Assembly (NCBI GenBank): GCA_904501685.1
Contig: CAJGBX010000001.1
Location: 1-31,272 of the forward strand
Reading direction: 5' to 3'
From: Clostridiaceae bacterium
Lineage (GTDB): Bacteria > Bacillota > Clostridia > Oscillospirales > Acutalibacteraceae
Length of the DNA stretch: 31,272 nt
The first letter of the stretch is position 1. The number at the start of each line of letters is the position of its first letter. The notes under the pieces were generated by a model that searched no databases, was not told the origin of the DNA, and saw only the letters and a program-made list of their open reading frames with translations. A program made the position numbers and the translations under genes. This document shows, in pieces, positions 27,750 through 31,272 of the stretch.

Positions 27750-28445
27750 TTACGGCTGTTCCTTACTTCCAAGCGGTATAATTTTTTCAAAAAGACAGGT
27801 ATAATCAGCCGTAACCAGCCTATCCTCATGAAGCGAGCCAAAATACCAATGGTTAAACTTGACCGATTTTGCAAGCTCCTCAAAATAACCGTTAAGCTTG
27901 TTTACCTTTTCAGGCAGACCTCGTCTTAAAAGCATTGAGCTTTTGACCAACAGCGGAGGCTCGTGGGTAATAATATAATCAACCCGAAGTCCTGCCTCAT
28001 CCAAATTTTGAGCACCGGTTGCCAGCTGCTGAGGTGTAGGCAGCTCATCACGGTACCAAATTCCTTTTTCCTCCTCGTGACGAAGCTCGCGGTCATCGCT
28101 TTCACCTCCGCCGAAGGTGAAAATTTTAATGCCGTCAATATTAAAAATCTGCCCTCTCATCAAGTGGAACAGATTCCCGCTGATTCGGTGAACGTGACCG
28201 CCCTTCCAAACCGTTTCCTTGCCCTTGAATATTTTACGGAAGTTTTCGTGTGTGCCGTCAACAAAGCAAACGGTAAATTTACGGCTGCCAATGTACTCAA
28301 TTACACTTTTTTCTCTTTTACCGCCGTCCCAAAGATAACCGAAATCACCGCAAATAATCAGTATATCCCCTGCTTTAAGCTTTCGCCATTGTGCGTCATA
28401 CAGCCGAGATTCATCTCCGTGCATATCCCCTGTCACATAAATCAT
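27750..28445 (-). CDS. Calcineurin-like metallophosphoesterase
   Basis: GDMHG, GDFG, GTHE, THEPP, FGSLH motifs; GGAGGTG SD. Confidence 0.85.
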   Translation of the reverse strand: MIYVTGDMHGDESRLYDAQWRKLKAGDILIICGDFGYLWDGGKREKSVIEYIGSRKFTVCFVDGTHENFRKIFKGKETVWKGGHVHRISGNLFHLMRGQIFNIDGIKIFTFGGGESDDRELRHEEEKGIWYRDELPTPQQLATGAQNLDEAGLRVDYIITHEPPLLVKSSMLLRRGLPEKVNKLNGYFEELAKSVKFNHWYFGSLHEDRLVTADYTCLFEKIIPLGSKEQP

Positions 28446-28586
28446 TTGCAGTCACCTCCAAAAAAATTGAAAATATTTAATTTTACCCTTTAAATTCTCA
28501 CTGAAAGTTGTTATACTTAAAAAGTACCATTATACATTTATGTTTATTATACTATCTATCGTTCTTTATTGCAAGGAGAAACGCCA

Positions 28587-29951
28587 GTGTTTAAAAAGAT
28601 TTTTTGCTGTAGCTTTGTATTTATAATCATTATCTGTGCGGTATTGCCAACCGCATTCAGCTATACTCCGACTAATTTCAATATCGATGCCGAGGGCGCA
28701 CTCCTGATTAACACCGACACCGGTGATGTGCTTTTTTCCAAAAACACAGACCAACGGTTTTATCCTGCATCGTTAACCAAGCTGATGACGGCATTAGTGC
28801 TTTATGAAAGCTGCCCCGATTTGGACGGACAAAAAATCACCGTATCTGAATATGCAATAAACTCTCTTCAAGGCACTGATTCGTCAACCGGCGGCTTGAA
28901 GATTGGCGAGGAGCTGACCGTAAGACAAATGCTTTATATTCTGCTTTTATCCTCGGCTAACGACGGTGCAAACGCCATTGCCGAACACGTTTCGGGCAAT
29001 ATTCCTGCCTTTTGCGAAAAAATGAACGCCAAAGCCGCCGAGCTTGATATGACCGGAACTCATTACGTTAACGCACACGGTCTGCACGACCTTGAGCACT
29101 ATACAACCGTAAACGATATGTATAAGCTTACATCTGCTTTTCTGTCGGTTGATATTTTAAAGGAAATCGCATTTTCCACTAAATACAACCTCGCGGCTAC
29201 AAATAAGAGCCCTGCCCGCAGCTTTACTACCACCAATTATCTGTTACTTAACAACGGACAAAAGTGCACCGCTGAAAAATACAAAGGTCAAAGCTATTAC
29301 TATAAATATGCCAAGGGTGTAAAAACCGGATATACCGACCCTGCAGGGCGTTGCCTTATAACAACTGCCTCTAAGGGCGGCTACAATTATATGTGCATTT
29401 TAATGAAGAGTCCTGTTTATGCCGAAAACGGAAGAACTAAAATACGTATTGAATTCGGTGACACAAAGGCTTTATACGAATGGGCTTTTAATGAATTCGA
29501 ATATAAAAACATTCTTTCTACCGACCAAATAATCGGTGAGGCTGAGGTGGATTTAGCCTGGGATACCGATTTTGTATCGGTTGTACCGTCCGACAAGCTT
29601 TCGGCTGTAGTTCCTAAGGTTGCGGATTCCTCTACCATAAGCATGGAAATCGATTGGTACAAAAAAACTTATGATGCACCTATTAAAAAGGGCGACATTA
29701 TGGGTGAATGCAGTCTTGTTTATGCCGGTGAGGTTTTGGGAACCGTTACATTAGAGGCTGCTCAGGACGTTGAGCGCAGCACCCTTATGTACATCGGCCG
29801 TAGTGTAAAAAGCTTTACCTCTGCTCTTTTTGGCTCTAAGCTTTTTCTTGTATTCTTAATTCTCGTTATTGCCGCAGTTGCAATTTTTATTATCAGTCTT
29901 ATTATTCTCAACTCACCTAAGCATAAGCGTAAAAAAAGAAGAAGATTTTAA
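28587..29951 (+). CDS. D-alanyl-D-alanine carboxypeptidase (peptidase S11, DacA-like) with C-terminal membrane anchor
   Basis: Signal peptide; SxxK (ASLTK), SxN (SAN), HGL, KTG; C-terminal TM followed by a basic tail. GTG 28587 follows an AAGGAG SD. Confidence 0.92.
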   Translation: MFKKIFCCSFVFIIIICAVLPTAFSYTPTNFNIDAEGALLINTDTGDVLFSKNTDQRFYPASLTKLMTALVLYESCPDLDGQKITVSEYAINSLQGTDSSTGGLKIGEELTVRQMLYILLLSSANDGANAIAEHVSGNIPAFCEKMNAKAAELDMTGTHYVNAHGLHDLEHYTTVNDMYKLTSAFLSVDILKEIAFSTKYNLAATNKSPARSFTTTNYLLLNNGQKCTAEKYKGQSYYYKYAKGVKTGYTDPAGRCLITTASKGGYNYMCILMKSPVYAENGRTKIRIEFGDTKALYEWAFNEFEYKNILSTDQIIGEAEVDLAWDTDFVSVVPSDKLSAVVPKVADSSTISMEIDWYKKTYDAPIKKGDIMGECSLVYAGEVLGTVTLEAAQDVERSTLMYIGRSVKSFTSALFGSKLFLVFLILVIAAVAIFIISLIILNSPKHKRKKRRRF

Positions 29952-29968
29952 AATTGAAAATTTATTTA

Positions 29969-30008
29969 ACGCACCTCAAAGTTTAAGTCTTGAGGTGCGT
30001 AATTTTTA
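29969..30008 (+). terminator. Intrinsic terminator after the carboxypeptidase
   Basis: ACGCACCTCAA-N10-TTGAGGTGCGT then AATTTTT. Confidence 0.75.
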
Positions 30009-30079
30009 TCAGATATATAATATTTAACGACTTAAAGTAATGTATAGCCGAAAATATTTTGAATATAGGATTTCTGCCC

Positions 30080-30108
30080 TTGATATAAGTTAAAAAACAA
30101 AGTATAAT
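30080..30108 (+). promoter_or_regulatory. Sigma-A promoter for the pseudouridine synthase
   Basis: TTGATA-N17-TATAAT; GAGGT SD before ATG 30137. Confidence 0.7.
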
Positions 30109-30136
30109 AATGAAAAACTGTTATCAGAGGTAAGCT

Positions 30137-31105
30137 ATGAAATCATTTACCGTCGGCAAAAACGATGCCGGTTTAAGATTAGACAAATTTGTCACCAAAA
30201 CAGCACCGCTTTTACCTACTGCCCTGCTATACAAATACATAAGATTAAAGCGAATTAAGGTTGACGGCAAGCGTGCCGAAATCAGCACAAGGCTTGCATT
30301 AGGCTCATTGGTCGAAATGTATATTAATGACGAATTTTTTGAGCCGAAGTCACCGAAGTATGATTTTATGTCGGCCTCAAAATCGTTGGATATTGTGTAT
30401 GAAGATGAAAATATCTTACTTGCCGATAAAAAACAAGGTCTGCTTGTGCACCCTGACGAGAACGAGTATAACGACACACTTATTGCCCGTATACAACGGT
30501 ATTTATACGAAAAGGGTGAGTATGACCCCGAGGCTGAAAACAGTTTTCGGCCTGCTTTAGCAAACCGTATCGACCGAAATACCGGCGGAATCGTAATCGC
30601 CGCAAAAAACGCCGAGGCTTTACGTATTTTATGCGACAAAATCAAGACTCGGGAAATTGATAAGATGTACCTCACTATAGTTCACGGCAAGCCGCCTAAA
30701 GCCACAGATATTTTAGAGGGCTACCTTGAAAAAAATGAGGACAAGCGGCAGGTTTATATCAAGAAAAATCAATCTGTTGATACCAAAACCATTCGCACAA
30801 AGTATTCGGTTTTGGCATCAAAAGACGGTTTGTCACTTTTAAAAATCGAACTGCTGACCGGCCGTACCCACCAAATCAGAGCGCATATGGCATCAATAGG
30901 ATGTCCGTTGTTAGGTGACGGAAAGTACGGTGTAAACCAAAAAGACAGAGCTTTAGGCTTTAAGTGCCAAGCACTGTATTCCTATAAGCTGAAATTCAAT
31001 TTCAACTCTGACGGCGGAATTTTGGAATACTTAAACGGTAAGACCTTCCAAGTCCCTACCGTATGGTTTGCAGATAAGTTGTTCCCCGAGGTTAAGTATA
31101 AATAG
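30137..31105 (+). CDS. RluA-family (RluC/RluD-like) pseudouridine synthase with S4 domain
   Basis: RLDKF S4 domain, IVYEDE, NRIDRNTGG (catalytic Asp), TGRTHQIRAH, PLLGDGKYG. Confidence 0.94.
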   Translation: MKSFTVGKNDAGLRLDKFVTKTAPLLPTALLYKYIRLKRIKVDGKRAEISTRLALGSLVEMYINDEFFEPKSPKYDFMSASKSLDIVYEDENILLADKKQGLLVHPDENEYNDTLIARIQRYLYEKGEYDPEAENSFRPALANRIDRNTGGIVIAAKNAEALRILCDKIKTREIDKMYLTIVHGKPPKATDILEGYLEKNEDKRQVYIKKNQSVDTKTIRTKYSVLASKDGLSLLKIELLTGRTHQIRAHMASIGCPLLGDGKYGVNQKDRALGFKCQALYSYKLKFNFNSDGGILEYLNGKTFQVPTVWFADKLFPEVKYK

Positions 31106-31110
31106 GTAAA

Positions 31111-31140
31111 CAAAAAAGCACCTTCATAGGTGCTTTTTTG
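31111..31140. terminator. Bidirectional intrinsic terminator
   Basis: CAAAAAAGCACCT-tcat-AGGTGCTTTTTTG between convergent genes. Confidence 0.9.
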
Positions 31141-31157
31141 TTTATATCTAACGTTTA

Positions 31158-31272
31158 TTAAGGAAGGAAATCCGGTTCACGAGGCATAATTATAGCACAA
31201 ATGATATATGCTAAAAGACCGCTGCCACCCAGCACGCTGAATGCTACCCAAGCAACACGAATCAACGTAGGG
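31158..31272 (-). CDS. PspC-domain membrane protein, C-terminal part (5' end outside window)
   Basis: Minus strand reads PTLIRVAWVAFSVLGGSGLLAYIICAIIMPREPDFLP*, matching the PspC pattern (D)PTxxR…GxxxYxxxxxxxP. Not in the ORF track. Confidence 0.85.
   Translation of the reverse strand, partial: PTLIRVAWVAFSVLGGSGLLAYIICAIIMPREPDFLP

Noticed and set aside
27963..28493. 176-aa plus-strand ORF
   Set aside because: Antisense to the metallophosphoesterase; no SD or recognisable domain.
30124..30675. 183-aa minus-strand ORF
   Set aside because: Antisense shadow of the pseudouridine synthase.
1..31272. CRISPR arrays, tRNA/rRNA, IS or prophage genes, defence systems
   Set aside because: No regularly spaced repeats, RNA-gene signatures, or transposase, integrase or nuclease motifs seen; intergenic gaps are short and mostly explained.

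Overview
A 31 kb chromosomal window from a low-GC anaerobic Firmicute (Clostridia-like; inferred from gene content, Shine-Dalgarno (SD) sites and sigma-A promoters). It is mostly housekeeping genes. In order: the ychF 3' end; a minus-strand mgtE-GT2-galT-ABC exporter run; a WG-repeat lipoprotein plus an orphan PstS-like lipoprotein; an HPr-like small protein; a PhoP/PhoR-like two-component pair; a nine-gene purE-purF-purM-purN-purO(like)-purH(AICAR transformylase only)-purD-purL-fhs operon headed by a clear ZTP (pfl) riboswitch; an AsnO-like asparagine synthetase with a SigE-like promoter; a Na/Pi cotransporter; a metallophosphoesterase; a D,D-carboxypeptidase; an RluA-family pseudouridine synthase; and the 3' end of a PspC-domain gene. 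I saw no mobile element, CRISPR array, tRNA or rRNA. The most interesting signals are (1) an unannotated 25-codon leader ORF with switchable pairings upstream of mgtE and no recognisable M-box, a candidate Mg2+-sensing translational attenuator; (2) a PurF whose glutaminase site is fully degenerate; (3) an identical 17-bp Pho-box-like operator at the same promoter position upstream of both the response regulator and the Na/Pi transporter 16.6 kb away. All calls come from reading the sequence; no database searches were run.
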